64,000 nt of DNA from Rhizophagus irregularis. Taxonomy: Eukaryota. Positions 24,944 through 37,155 of this stretch are shown one piece after another. The translations under genes and the position numbers were made by a program. Under the pieces are notes generated by a model. It saw nothing but the letters and a program-made list of their open reading frames with translations, was not told the origin of the DNA and searched no databases. The stretch spans positions 2,480,001-2,544,000 of the forward strand of contig NC_089432.1 in NCBI RefSeq assembly GCF_026210795.1, given 5' to 3'. The first letter of the stretch is position 1. The number at the start of each line of letters is the position of its first letter.

Positions 24944-26026
24944 CTTATCTAATCAAATTTATTTCTTTTCTATTTTATTTATTTTTTTTATCTATCTTAT
25001 CCCTTCTTTATTTTGTCTATTTTGTCTCTTTTTTTTTCGTTGAACAGCTCCTTCATATATTTTTGTGTTTTTTTTTATTCTATTTCATCTAACTTTCAAC
25101 TTCACTATTTTTTTCGGGTATATTTATAAATTTTGTTATATCAAGCGATCTGCAAATTATTTTGTACACTCTGACATTTGAAAAAACATTCCCTTCACGA
25201 ATGAAATAAATCATCATCCCGGTTTCCCAAAAGTAGGGGAATTCAATAAAGCTGATCTTTATAAGGATCTACCGATGTGGGCTGATGTGTAAATTTCAAT
25301 GTTTTGACACGTGAACACGTGAGTACGTTTTGAACTTACATAGTAATAAATAATAAGATCGTTTGAAAATGGAATCTTTTCTTTCCTCTTCGTTTTGTAA
25401 AATGGCGCAGTAAAAGCCGCACCTTTTCGTGTAAAAAAATATTTTACTTTAGGTTCGGAACTCGGAAGATACAAAAAAAAAATTTATTTTACCTTCGTGT
25501 CATATATACTAAAATAAAGAGATTTTTAAGAGTATTAAATGACTTGATCCTTTCTCTATTCTTGAAAAAAAATTATATTACGAAGGTTTAACTACTTTAT
25601 TCAGATTCCTTATTAATATGTACTAACTTTAAAATAAATTATGTTAAATTAGGAGTTCCATTTTAGATATTTCATTCTAAATTATAAAAACTCATTTGTT
25701 TTAACCTTTTATAAATTTACTTTATTACCTTTTTTAGAATTTTTTTTTTCGTTAAATTTTTAATCCCACGTTTTGTGGTAATCAGTATAATCAGTGAACG
25801 TGGCAAACGTGGCAAACTCATGCGCAATTTTGAAGATCAGACAAATGACATCGTCAGCTTATAAAAAAAATTAAATCTTTCCATTTTAGAGTAAGGTACA
25901 CGTTGATCCAATCGTTTGCACAATTTATTATCACACTTATACAAATAATAAGACTTTAGATTATAACGTGACATCAACATCGAAGAAGAAAATATTAAAT
26001 GTATTATATCGAAGATGACCTCTGAC

Positions 26027-27124
26027 GGGACCCCGAAATATATATAAAAAGGTAAGGTGGGCCTTCGAACTTTTTACTAATAGCTGTACGCAAGGGTTTT
26101 CTATAAGTTACTGGAAAAAATGCGCAAATTAATTTTCTAACCACCGATCATCATGTGATTTACCTATTGTTTTTGTTGATCAAACTTAACTGTTAACGCT
26201 TATCGAAGAATAATTTTTTTAAAAATTTTAATAACTTTATATATATTATATAAATGTATTTATTAAATGTACAAGCATTACACATTTTTTTGCATTAAGT
26301 AAAGTGCTACATATTTTTTGCACTAATAGTTATTTATATTTATTTTATTTATCTCAATGAAATATATATATAAAAAATATATATATTTATTTTTATTTAT
26401 CTCAATGAAATATATATATATAAAATATATACAGTATATATATGATCAGCCAAACTACTAAAATACGCAAAATAAACCCTTACTTAAACAATTTAATGGT
26501 CTGACCGTGGCAAAAAAATCCCCAGGTTGTACGTAAATCAATACCCAGAAATATATGTATAAGGGTCAGGTGGCGAAAATTTTTTTTACTATGAGCTGTA
26601 TGCAGAGACTTTTTATATATGGGTAGTACGCATAATTGACACCTGATATTGAAAATCCTGCAAATAAAATTTCAGACATTAAGTTATTAATTATTTTATC
26701 ATGACTTCTATATTATTTATAAAACCAAATACTAATGTGAAAAAAAATAGAATTTATTCTAATTTGCCATTTTTTCAGTAATATTTTCCAAAATTTTACT
26801 TTTTAATCCTTAGAAATTTCTTTCAATTAATACTAGCGGTTAACGTACAGTAAATATATAAGATTAGCCAAATTTAAGCCAAAAATACGCAAACTAATTT
26901 TTTACATATAAAATTTCGATAAAAAATACGTAATCTTGATGACCTAACTATGGATGAAAAATTCTTAGATTGTACGCAAATCAAAACTTTACTCTAATTT
27001 CACTATGATGGCGACGCATCTGTGTATCCTACCCCTGTATATATATTTCTGGGTCCCCATAAAATTTCTCTATGCTGGCGACGTAATTATGCACCTTACC
27101 CCTACATATATATTTCGGGGGGTC
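26027..27124. mobile_element. Degenerate inverted-repeat element (MITE-like)
   Basis: ccccgaaatatatataaaaaggtaaggtg (about 26031) is inverted at caccttacccctacatatatatttcgggg (about 27092-27120); related internal copies at about 26545-26600 and 27030-27058, and at 19360-19420. Confidence 0.5.
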
Positions 27125-27462
27125 TTCCTCTGACATTTTTTGTCGACAAACTTTTAATCAATTTTTATTTTATTTTATTACTAGAAGAGTAGTACTCCAA
27201 AACTATTACAAATAAAAGAAAGACAACATTTACATGTTCTACAACTAATATACGTGTATAGAATTTTGGACGTTAATCCCCTACAGGACCTCACCCTTCG
27301 GACTATCTATTCAAAAAGCTAGGACTACGCTAACCTTTCAAATGGGAAAAAAGAAAAATAAAAAGTGAAACCCGCCCATCCGAAAGATAAAGAGACCTAT
27401 AAAATAAAAGTAAATAAAATTTGTCCTAACTAAAATTGTCAATCTAAAAAGTAAAAATTAAA

Positions 27463-27530
27463 GATCCGTATTTTTCTTTCGGCCAAGGCCGCCACCTGTA
27501 AATACTGTAAGAGGTGGAATGGTTCACACT
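27463..27530 (-). ncRNA. Conserved structured RNA motif (predicted pseudoknot) in the element 3' UTR
   Basis: Near-identical block at 50123-50195; compensatory G-C to A-U change in the hairpin CGGC/GCCG versus CGAC/GUCG. Confidence 0.55.
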
Positions 27531-27649
27531 ATTTTAAGTTGTTTGTAAAAATCAATATATATAAATGAATAAATGTAAAAAAAAATGTAGATTTAACTAC
27601 TCGAAAAAGGGTAATTTGACTCTAACTAAAAAATTAAATATAAAATAAA

Positions 27650-29536
27650 CTATTTTGAATTTGACGGTCCCGCTTCTTCAGAGTCATAATCAATATATGG
27701 AGCAGGGCGGGAACGTTTCGATGGTGTATCTATAGGTGAGGAAAAAGATATCCTATTATCATTGATGTTGCGTTTGTAAGGACGGGATTCTAAGGCTGCG
27801 GTATCATCCGAGACAACCAGGGGTTTGTATGAAGGGACGAAAATAGTAGTTTCTCGTCTAATTTTGTAATCTTTAAGAAATTTCTTCAGGTCTCGTTCGA
27901 GAAATTTAGTTGATCGACCCGTGTCGATACGCTCCTTTCTTTTTGTTAAATAATTGGGGATATATTTGTGGAATTCGTCTGTTGAGTACATTAAGAAATC
28001 AACTTGTGATTTACGAGCGTCCAGGTACTTGACACTAGTACCAAGGTGTATCGCCTATTGTTTGCGTTCCTCTATTTCTTTTGTTCTCCTTTCTTGGTTT
28101 TCTATGCGTGATCTCTCAAATGCTTGTGTTACTTCTCGATGTACACGTTCATTAAATTCTTGTTCAGCTTGTTCATCGATAGATTTTTCCAGATTATACA
28201 TATATGTGAACCATTCACGAGAACCTGGAGTAATAAAGCAATTGTTAACGTAAATGGGGTCTTTGGGTATAATATCACGGTATTTTTTAGGAATAAACAT
28301 GTTAGGAATAGGGTTGAACGGTTCGGTAACATCAGGAGGTTTTGGTGTGATTTTAGATGGTGTAGGTGGGTTTAAATGTTTCGATAAGGTGTTGATATTC
28401 TTCCAAGTTTTATTTTCATTGGGGTGTCGTTTAGCGTAAAATGGAACCAAAAATGGATAGTCCTCAGGATTCGGTTCGATAAAACTTTTCTTATATACTA
28501 AATGTCGAATGGGGAATTTAATGTACTGATTTTTTAAGAATATAAACTTGTGTTTTCTAGCTGTTGCTAATATAGCTTGGTGATCGTCTCCTATAGCTTT
28601 ACCAAGAACGTGCCGACAAGCACGAGTAAATCTTTTTTCTTGTTTTTGTTGAGTACAGAGATTAGGACTAAAAATCCGTTGAAAGTTGGAAAAGACTTTT
28701 CTGTACATATGTTTACTGCCCAATTTAAGGATTGAATTAGCATCCCGAGCGTGGATTGAGCTGATGTAAGAAACGCCCGTTCTTTTGGAGTAATGATGTT
28801 TAGGCTGACTAGAAAGCCATCTGTGATATAAAAGGTTAGCATGAGAAGATTTATTGTTAATAAAATCTTCATTTGTTTGTTTTTTAAGTATATTATTTTT
28901 TGGTTTGATATTCTTGTAAAAATGGTGTTTAGCTAAATTTTGTTGATGATTGATGCAAGCACATCGATCATGTGACATAATAAAAGGACTAGGGATTCGA
29001 CATAAGGGAGGTGTATAGGGGTTATCAGAATTGTTTTTGAATGAACAAGGGATATAAATTCCAAAATAAAAACGATATCTTTTGTAACTAAAATTAAAAA
29101 AAGTTTTCGTCATCGTGTTCTTTTTTGCCATCAAAGAAGCACGTGATTCAATAATTTTTCTTCTATCCAATAATTTGTTGCGAATTAAATTGAAATATTT
29201 TTGTTGTACACGACGGGGTATAACTCTTTGTAAAGAAAAAAAATGTGTGAGCATGCAACTAATTTGGTATTTGTCATTCGGGAATGAACTCGTGTTACTA
29301 TAACTAATAGGTTTAGTGTTCATCTGATAATCATTTGTGTATATTTTTAAATGAATATTATTGGTGTTCGGGGAACGATCAGCGAGCTCAAAAAAGAAAC
29401 TCCTAGATCGGCGTATTTCATATATCTTGTTAAAACCTGATCGATTTGGTTTGATCACGTGAAATTTTTTCAGGGACACCTGTAGGGGAGTTTTCGATAA
29501 AATTTTTTCCGAAGGAAAAATTTTTTCGGAAGACAT
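27650..29536 (-). CDS. Basic hypothetical protein (~628 codons) of the putative retroelement, interrupted by one in-frame TAG at 28055-28057
   Basis: The 493-aa and 113-aa ORFs are in frame: EERKQ*AIHLGTSVKYLDARKSQVDFLMYSTD; Cys/His cluster C..C..CAC.NH; C-terminal KRSRP; no RT, APE, RNase H or DDE motif recognised. Confidence 0.75.
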
Positions 29537-30460
29537 ATGTATAGTGTATAATATTTATTATAATAAAGGATAGTAAAAATGTATGTAAACGTGAAAATAA
29601 ATGGTATATTTAAGCGACAGTAGGAATAAAGAAAAAACTCTACTATAACTGCAAGGTTGAATATTACGTAAGGGGGTATATATGACGTTGTCTATTGACT
29701 GTATAATTCTATTAAAAGTAAAACTTTTACCATATGTATATACTAAAAGATATGGAGTGACTTGAGAATATTCGCGAGTTGTTGTAAGATAAAGAAAAGT
29801 ATTAGCAAGCGAAAAAAAAGTGTAAAAAAAACGTCTATTTTGTAATAATAAAAATATTTTACTGCGCCATTTTAGTAAAAATTGGGTTTATCGGAAAGAG
29901 TTTTTTTTTTCTCAAAACTTTTAATCAAATAAGGGATTAATTTTGAAACAATATAGTCCAGTGAGATCACGTGAACAAAATACGGCTAATAGGACAAACA
30001 CAAACTAATTTAGATTTATTTAAGCAAGGAGGACCTTCCAATAACAAACAAGATAAATTAGCGGAAATATTGAATTTTGTTATTGACAATGATGTAGTTT
30101 TTAGTTGATTTTTAGTTGTTTTTTTATATTTTTTTTTCTTTTTTTCCTTTCGTAGGTTTTTTTTTTCATCTAGGTTTTCTCACGGCAGGAACTTGCAGCT
30201 TCGTAGTCAGGTTCAGTGTTTTTTCTAGGTATTTAGTTTTGTTTGTGTAGGACATTTTATATGCCTGGTTACTGTGGGTCGATGGGCAGTTGTTTATGCG
30301 GCTTTATATAGTCACTTAGATATACTGTACATATGGGTGTTTTTATTACACTTGGTATCTCTGATTATATACTTATCACATGAGTTCCATCGCTGTAGGA
30401 CATGAACTAGTTTAGAATGTGGATTATGAAATTGTAATATACTTTATATGATTGATATTA

Positions 30461-30892
30461 TAGTCATAGCTCGATATAACGATTCGAGATAAACCGATTT
30501 TGGCCCACAGCGAACTTTTTTCTTAAACAAAAACCATCTATAATTAATTTATCACTATATACCGACCTTATTATAAATTTCGCGATATTATATATAGCGA
30601 AGTTAATCATAAATCCATATTTATTTATTCGCGATATCTATGACTATGAGTCTCAATTTCGGTACAAATTTCTGTATGATAACATTGTATTGATAGTATA
30701 AACATATTCTAAACTCTAAAGTGATATAAAAATATGATTTTATAATATATTTTTTTAGATATACCGAATTTACTATACATACTTTTTAATATATAAATCG
30801 GTATAATAAAAATATTTGATTTATCGAATATTCGTTATAACGACCCAAAATCGGCTGAACAGAGGAGGGTTCGTTATATCGAGTTCTGACTA
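30461..30892. mobile_element. pogo/Tc1-mariner-type MITE (TA TSD)
   Basis: TA|tagtcatagctcgatataacga ... tcgttatatcgagttctgacta|TA (2 mismatches); a solo end TA|cagtcggaactcgatataacga lies at 33735 and a related end near 17985. Confidence 0.8.
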
Positions 30893-31580
30893 TAATAACA
30901 TGATTATAACGAGTAACGGAGTTAGTTCAAATATATTATAACAGATTAGTTCGGAATTTTCTTTTTTTTAAAAAAAATAATTACTTTTTATTGTTTATAA
31001 CAAATAGAATTAATAAATTGGTAAATATAGTTAATTTTTTCGTAAATAATCAACTAAATGATAAGATTCATTTGAGTTACAATACATTAACACAGAGAAA
31101 TTTCGTGTAATTCTTGGTAAAATTTTTCAGTGAATAATTTTCCGAAAAATTAAATTTTCGTATTAACTAATGATGTCATATTTCTAGAAAATAGTTAATT
31201 GCAACTATTGGACGTTACACTTGACTTGGCAGTGTGACTTATATAGTAATATCGAAATTCCATTCGTGAAACAGAAATAACGGAATATCGGATAAATATC
31301 GGCAATAATAAAAAATTAAGCTTGATCGACATTTTAATTTACTTAAACGTCAATTCATCATCTAAGCAGTATTAAAAAGTTACGTTAACGTTTGTTTCTT
31401 GGCAATGACTTTTTTTTCTTATAAATAAATCCACTAAAAAAATGTCTCGATTTTTTCAGAGCAATTTTAAAATACATTTAAAATACATTAGAAAAATTAA
31501 ACAATTTTAAATATCATAACAATTCTTCTTTATCTACATTTCTTTTTTTTAATTTTATACAAATAATAATTTCATTGAGA

Positions 31581-33097
31581 ATGCAACAAGAAAAGATTCC
31601 AACGATTATTATTGTCGGTGCAGGTATAGGGGGACTTTCTCTCTATCATGCTTTGATAAAGAACAAGGACAAAAAAGTATTCAATGTAAAAATCTATGAA
31701 CGTGAATCTAGTCCTACAGGTATAAAAATTTCTAATTTCTAGTTAAATATGACGTTAACAACATTAAATTTAACTAACTCATAATATCACGTGTTAGATC
31801 GATGGCAAGGATATCATATAGCCTTATCCAATTACGGAGCTAAATCTCTTTTGAACTGTGTTCCGTCCTCGATCGCTTCAAATCTTCCAAAAGCAATGCC
31901 AAATCCAATTTCTGATGTAGAAACTCATGGAATAACTATCACTGATCAAATAGGAAATGTTTTACTTGCCCCTCCAACTAAATCATTTAAAGATGTTTAC
32001 GAAATCGCAAAAATATCTCGTGGTCTATCATCAATTATTACTTATCGTAACCAGTTCAATGGAATAAAAAATGTATTAAATATGTAGAAACTCAAGAAGG
32101 AGTTTGGGTATTTTTTGAAGATGGTTCACAAGAATTCTGTAGTATTCTAGTTGGTGCAGATGGAATTAATTCTCCAAGTAAGTTATAAGGCATTTTTCAA
32201 ATAATGTCTATTATTTAAATTATTCTCAATTAAACAACAAACATTTTTTTTTTATTTCCTATTAGTACGAAAACAAAAATTACCTGAATTACAAATAGTT
32301 AATTATGGAATAACTCATGTTAGTGCAGATGTTTCCGTACCTAAACATCTTATGGATAAGGTAAATAAAATCCATGGAAATGTTTTGATCCGTAAAACTC
32401 TTGGAACAGAAGGAGATTCAACACTCATGATGACACGTTTAATACCAATCAAACAAAAACAAAATGATGAGAAAAATGAACCTCATTATAGGGCAACATT
32501 AGTTTATTCTTATCCCTCTGAATTGGATAACGTTGATGTTGAATCTGATAAAGTTAAAGTTGATGATAATGATCCTGCATCAGTCATAGAACATGTTAAA
32601 CGATTAATTCGAACATTAAGACCAGATTGTAAATTGACTGAATTATTGGTAGAATTGTGGGACTTGGCACCTAAAACAATTCCGAATGATCCAATAAATT
32701 TTCCATTTAAAACTTATAATCCTGTACAACGAAGAATGATGCGAGATATTGATCCAATGTCTATTAAATCATGGACAGAGTTGTATTATTAGGAGATGCT
32801 GCTCATGCTATGAGTCCTATATTAGGATTAGGAGCAAATAATGCTATTCAAGACGCTGATAAACTTTCTCAAGCATTACTTAAATATACGGACAATAATA
32901 TTTCTTTTATTGAAGAATATGAAAAAGAAATGTTAAAGCGAACATCTGCAGATGTATTAAAATCAAGAGCAGCCACATTTAAGACTTCCATGCCACTTGG
33001 GCCTTTTGGTATTATGATTAGAAACAGCATTTTGAGGACTATAAACGTTATGATAAACCTTTATAGTTTTGCGGATAACTTAATTTTTAATAATTAA
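31581..33097 (+). pseudogene. FAD-dependent monooxygenase (group A flavoprotein hydroxylase-like), frameshifted
   Basis: IVGAGIGGL, VGADGINS and VLLGDAAHAMSP..G.GAN.AIQDA motifs; 3 exons; frameshifting deletions near 32050 and near 32775. Confidence 0.85.
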
Positions 33098-34251
33098 AAA
33101 ACCATTAATATTTAATTTATTATTTTTAGAATTTTAGAATCTTTATTTATTTATATATAATATTTATATGTATTTATATACGTACAATATATGTATATGA
33201 TTCTAAACACATAGAATATTAGAATATATAGTATATAGATAGAACAAATATTTATTTTTGTTAGAATTATCAAGAATAAAGAGACACTTTAAAAGTTTAA
33301 TGACATGACTTATTTTTCCTTTAATTTTTACATTGTAAATTGAAGTAGCAATTATGTTTTCGATTTTAACTACTTTTTTTATTTATTTATATTTCACGTG
33401 CATCCTGTATATGACCTTGCAAATATAACTTTGTTTTTTTTACAGTCGTTATCAAAATTTTTTAAAAGTTTTTTTTCTTTTTATTCAAATAAAAATCTTT
33501 GAATTAATTCCAAATTTAGATATCGTAATATATAATATATTCGGAATCATCGGATTACTATATCTATTTTTTTATATTTTAAAGTTGCAACATATTTTAA
33601 AATGTTTATATAATAATGAAATTAGTGAAGAAAAAATAGTTTCTGACATGTGACACATTCCAAAAAATGGATTTTGCAGGGCTGTTCCTTAAAAAGTTAA
33701 TTATAAACATTTCTCTAGTCCTTTTTTTTAATTACAGTCGGAACTCGATATAACGACTACAGTTGCCATTGGTTATACCGAACCTGTATATACTGAAAAC
33801 TCGTTATACTGAACCAAGATTATTACGAATTTTATAATTTTGAAAACTGTAAAATAAAAAATAAAATAAGAAAATTGAGCACGAAATATTTTTGTATAAG
33901 GAACTAAAAGTCAATATCAATTACAAATGTAACCATAACAAACGATCGTAAATCATTTGCAGATTTTTTATTATCCTTTCTGAACAAAGTACGGTAACGT
34001 ATTTTTTAAAAAAAAAATTAAACGTAGTAACATAATTTCAATGTCCTTTTAGTTTTATAAGGTTTTCCATAATCAAAAGGAATATTAACAAAGATTAAGA
34101 TTTGATTCTAATTCAAGAACCAAGAATTAGGTTACAATGATACCAATTACCAAACAAATAAGTACTAGTTGATCTACATTAAGTATAAATTATGCAAGTT
34201 ATTTACGCCCTCGTCTCGTTATATATTTATTTTTTCTTTTTAAAAAAGAAA

Positions 34252-34999
34252 ATGTCTTCGAAATTTTTGAAAGAGTTATCCGACGATTATGAAAAACTTT
34301 TTGAAACAGAAATAGGATATGATGTTATTATATTATTATATATGCAGGAGAAGAACCAAATGTTAAAGAAATTCATGCTCATTCAAATATTTTATGCGCC
34401 AGATCTCAATATTTTCGTTCTGCATTTTCTAATGAATGGGCTAAAAAAGAAGATGGGAAATTTATTTTAAGAAAACCAAATATTCGACCACATTTATTTG
34501 ATATTATTCTTAGGTAATACATGTATAACTTTTATTACGATAATTTTTATTTTTTATTTTTATTTTTTTTAAAAAAAAAATTTTTAAATTAATTATTAAT
34601 GATTAATGTGTTGATTTACATTTGTAGATTCATTTATTGTGGAAATATAAAGGCCCTACTATTTGGATAGCAAAAATCAAAAATTCTACAAAATTAATTG
34701 GAGGTTATAATCCACTTGATTGGAATGGAGATTGTTGGAAAAGTACTAGAGATAGCTTTTTATTCAGTTTTGCAGATTGGAAAAATATTTCTAATACTAC
34801 AACAAAGTTATCTTACATTGATGATGAAGATTATGCTGTTTATTGTAGTAATAATTTTGGACCACAAATGGGTGATTTTACTTGTAAAATAGTCAATAAT
34901 TGGGAATATTATGGCCCTTCATATTACTACACTAGTTTAGAAATTCCAGAGCAAATTACAATAGAAGATTACGAAGTATTTCAAGTAATTAAAAAATAG
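34252..34999 (+). pseudogene. BTB/POZ-TLDc pseudogene
   Basis: YDVII..AGEEPNVKEIHAHSNILCARSQYFR (BTB) with an 8-nt duplication ttattata causing a frameshift; FIYCG jumps directly to KGPTIWIAK..IGGYNPLDW..EDYEVFQV (TLDc), so the middle domain is deleted. Confidence 0.85.
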
Positions 35000-35379
35000 T
35001 GTAATATTATTAAAATGGAAAGAAATTAGATAACAAGTAATAATAGTGAAGTTCGAATGAGTTGCTTTAATATCAACGTAAAAAATAATATAATTTATGT
35101 ATGATTATAATGAAACATATGATTTTTTGATTTATAAAGTGAATGAGAAAAAAAAAATGCACGTATGTAAACTTCGATCATAAAATTTTTAATAACTGGA
35201 GAAAATTCATTTCAGTTCAACCCACAGTTATTGGTTTAATATCAGTCTAATAAAAGATTATAGCAAGTATTTTAATCAAAAATACAATAAAATTTATCCT
35301 TTGAAATTATAAAAAATAAATATTTCAATCTAAATATGAAAAAAGAAACTATAAAATTAAATATTATGAATTTTTCGTT

Positions 35380-36516
35380 AATTCTATACAATTCGAAACT
35401 CAACTTCTACAATAAAACTTCTATTTTGTGCAACTAATATTTAACCCATATAAACACAAATCACCATTTCCAAATGATGGACCGTAATTCCAACAGTTAT
35501 GTGTAGCGCTCCTTTCATTTATTACGCGACTATAATTATTATTTCTAAAAGAAATATAAAACCATCTTTAGTAATACCATAAAGATTATTAGATTTCCAT
35601 TCAATCAGATTATATCTTCCCAAAATTTTATCACCGTCTTTAACTTTAATAAATGTAACAGTACGGGCTTTGTTATCACAAATTTCATGGAATTTTTTAA
35701 TCGTACATCCGTCACGAGATCCACGAAAAATTAATTTAAATTCATATCTTGTCCGTGTACTCTAACCTATCAATCCATTTTGAGATTAATTCAACATGTT
35801 GAAATGTAATGATTGTAGAATCAATATTTTTTGGTCTTATTGATCCTATTCCAGGTTCTGATATTTCATTGAAATCATCTTTTGAATAGTTTTCAATGTC
35901 GGATATTTTGAGCAAGTCCCCATTAATCACATGTTCCCAGACTTGTAATTCATTCAATTGATTAGTGATTAAATTAATGCAGTATTTTGAAGATGTAAAA
36001 AAGAATTATTTTCAAAACTCGTTCGATATATCAAATCAAAGTTTTGTTCCATTCAATCAGATTTTCTTTTAATCAAAAAGGTTTCTAAATAAAGAAATAT
36101 TTCTTGAAGGCTAAGTTCATTAGCAGTGACTAAGATTTTGATGATATCGAAACCTCATATTCTTCCAAAGATAATTTTCCTCCATAAAAATATCTAAATA
36201 AACACTTTTGAATTAATAAAGTATAATGATTATAAATATTTATTTTATATATTTACTTTTTTTTTTTACCTTAAAACCACATTAAAAATTTCAGGTGAAA
36301 TATTTGGTGCGCCAAAGTTCCATCATTTCTCTTTTTATTTGTTGACAAAACTCTTCGTAAATAAGGGGAACGATAATTTAAAATAAGTATATGAGCACGA
36401 AATATTTTACGTCAGGGTCATTGTCAACTTAAATTGTAATATCATAATATCTTCATCATTTAAAGATTTCAAGCAAATTTTGTGATAATTTTGGTAAAAG
36501 TTTATTATCAACAATT
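35380..36516 (-). pseudogene. Highly degenerate BTB/POZ-(BACK)-TLDc pseudogene, convergent with the previous one
   Basis: Fragments NKLLPKLSQNLLE, FRAHILILNYRSPYLR, MNELQVWEHV, IDSTIITFQHVELISKWIDRL, FKLIFRGSRDG, FHEICDNKARTV, NYGPSFGNGDL, with many frameshifts. Confidence 0.85.
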
Positions 36517-37155
36517 ATTACAATTATTAAATGGTTAAGAAATTTAATTTATATTTATATATTTTAAATTTTTCATAGATTTTATAACAAGACCATTGAT
36601 GTCAGTGCGAAGTAACGGGAGACTACTAATTTAAACTAACTAAATTATTAATTTATAAAATTATTTGAATTATTTGATAATTTCTTTTAGATTGTAGGTA
36701 AGTTACATATTATTTATATAATATTTGCATGTAAATATATATAACAAAAAAAATTGTCATCGCTTACTCTGTATAAAATTATAAATAGCCTTAGGAAAAC
36801 ACGTGATACCTTTACGCCTGATCTGAAAAGATTTTTTTGGTCGGAATTTTAATTTTTTTTTTTGAGGCTGAGAGGGCTGTGTAATTATTGATTAAATTGA
36901 TCATGCGATCATGCATATTTGTATTCCTAAGCAGTCCAGCTAATGGCTAAGGTTTTGACTCTCCGCTGTATTTAAGGCAAAAAATGATGATTGTAGACTA
37001 ACCGATATGGAAATTTGCTGGTTTTTCATATGATTTAAAATTATAGTAAAGATGACGTCATGGTTGATAGACTTATATCACGGGATAAGAAAAAATAATA
37101 TAAAAAGGGGACATCTTCCTAACAACTACCTAATAAAAAAACTCTACCGAGTTCT

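Larger units (their letters stand above)
27162..29914 (-). mobile_element. Putative non-autonomous retroelement (TPRT-type insertion) with a single ORF and structured 3' UTR
   Basis: 14-bp direct repeat AAACTTTTAATCAA at 27148-27161 and 29915-29928; (TAAAA)n tail abutting the left repeat; intronless ORF; diverged 5'-truncated homolog at 49877-50764. Confidence 0.8.

Noticed and set aside
27463..27530. Hammerhead or canonical HDV ribozyme in the conserved UTR motif
   Set aside because: A hairpin followed by GAAA is present, but there is no CUGANGA core on either strand and no P3/L3/P1.1 for an HDV fold; kept only as an unclassified structure.
30461..33760. Composite transposon carrying the FAD monooxygenase between pogo-like ends
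   Set aside because: The end at 33735 faces away from the gene (left-end orientation), so it cannot close such a unit.
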